A stretch of 64,000 bases of DNA, taken from contig OX597840.1 in NCBI GenBank assembly GCA_951406725.2, positions 17,670,001 through 17,734,000 on the forward strand. The letters run 5' to 3'. The stretch's first letter is position 1. Each line of letters starts with the position of its first letter. Below, one piece after another: positions 63,681-64,000 of this stretch. Under the pieces are notes generated by a model. It worked only from the letters and a program-made list of their open reading frames with translations, had not been told where the DNA came from and ran no database searches. Both the position numbers and the translations under genes were made by a program. This stretch comes from Octopus vulgaris. Its lineage: Eukaryota.

Positions 63681-64000
63681 CAGCTTCATACTTATAGAAG
63701 ATCCATAACTAATCCCAGATACAAAAAGAAACAAATACACAATACAGGGGGAAAAAGCATTATATAAAACTGTTAGTAGGCATAGACCCCTTTGGTTCCC
63801 TTTTCACTCAGGGGAGAGGGACCTCATAGCCATTTGTTGCCTGAAACCTTTTATTATATATTTATGCTTAAATATTATTAGGAATTCTATGAAAAATTAT
63901 CAAATATTTTATGTATTGCAGAGCTATAAACAGGTGTGGCTGTGTGGTAAGAAGCTTGCTGGCAGAATCGTTAGCACACCAGGTGAAATGCTTAGCAGCA

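Overview
AT-rich, microsatellite- and retroposon-dense eukaryotic DNA whose repeat families look like those of Octopus (coleoid cephalopod; inferred from recognition of the repeats, not from a search). The left half holds a complete 14-coding-exon ERCC5/XPG gene on the minus strand (CDS 29292->3127, 3060 nt, 1019 aa, all introns GT-AG and phase-consistent). It probably has a non-coding first exon near 31.1-31.3 kb. A likely terminal exon of a convergent gene lies at 827-953. A putative bidirectional promoter at about 31.1-33.0 kb may drive a divergent plus-strand transcript containing an unidentified 130-aa ORF (46681-47073). The rest is transposon debris: tRNA-derived SINEs, RTE and R4/Dong LINEs, piggyBac, mariner, DD37D, MITEs and Penelope-like remnants. 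The most striking hidden signal is a set of small self-cleaving-ribozyme folds. About ten minimal type-I hammerhead motifs from several Penelope-like families are present, including two in a near-perfect 433-bp palindrome and two in the ERCC5 sense orientation. There is also an HDV-like double pseudoknot at the 5' end of a 550-nt non-coding retroelement. All folds were assigned by eye and need computational and biochemical testing.
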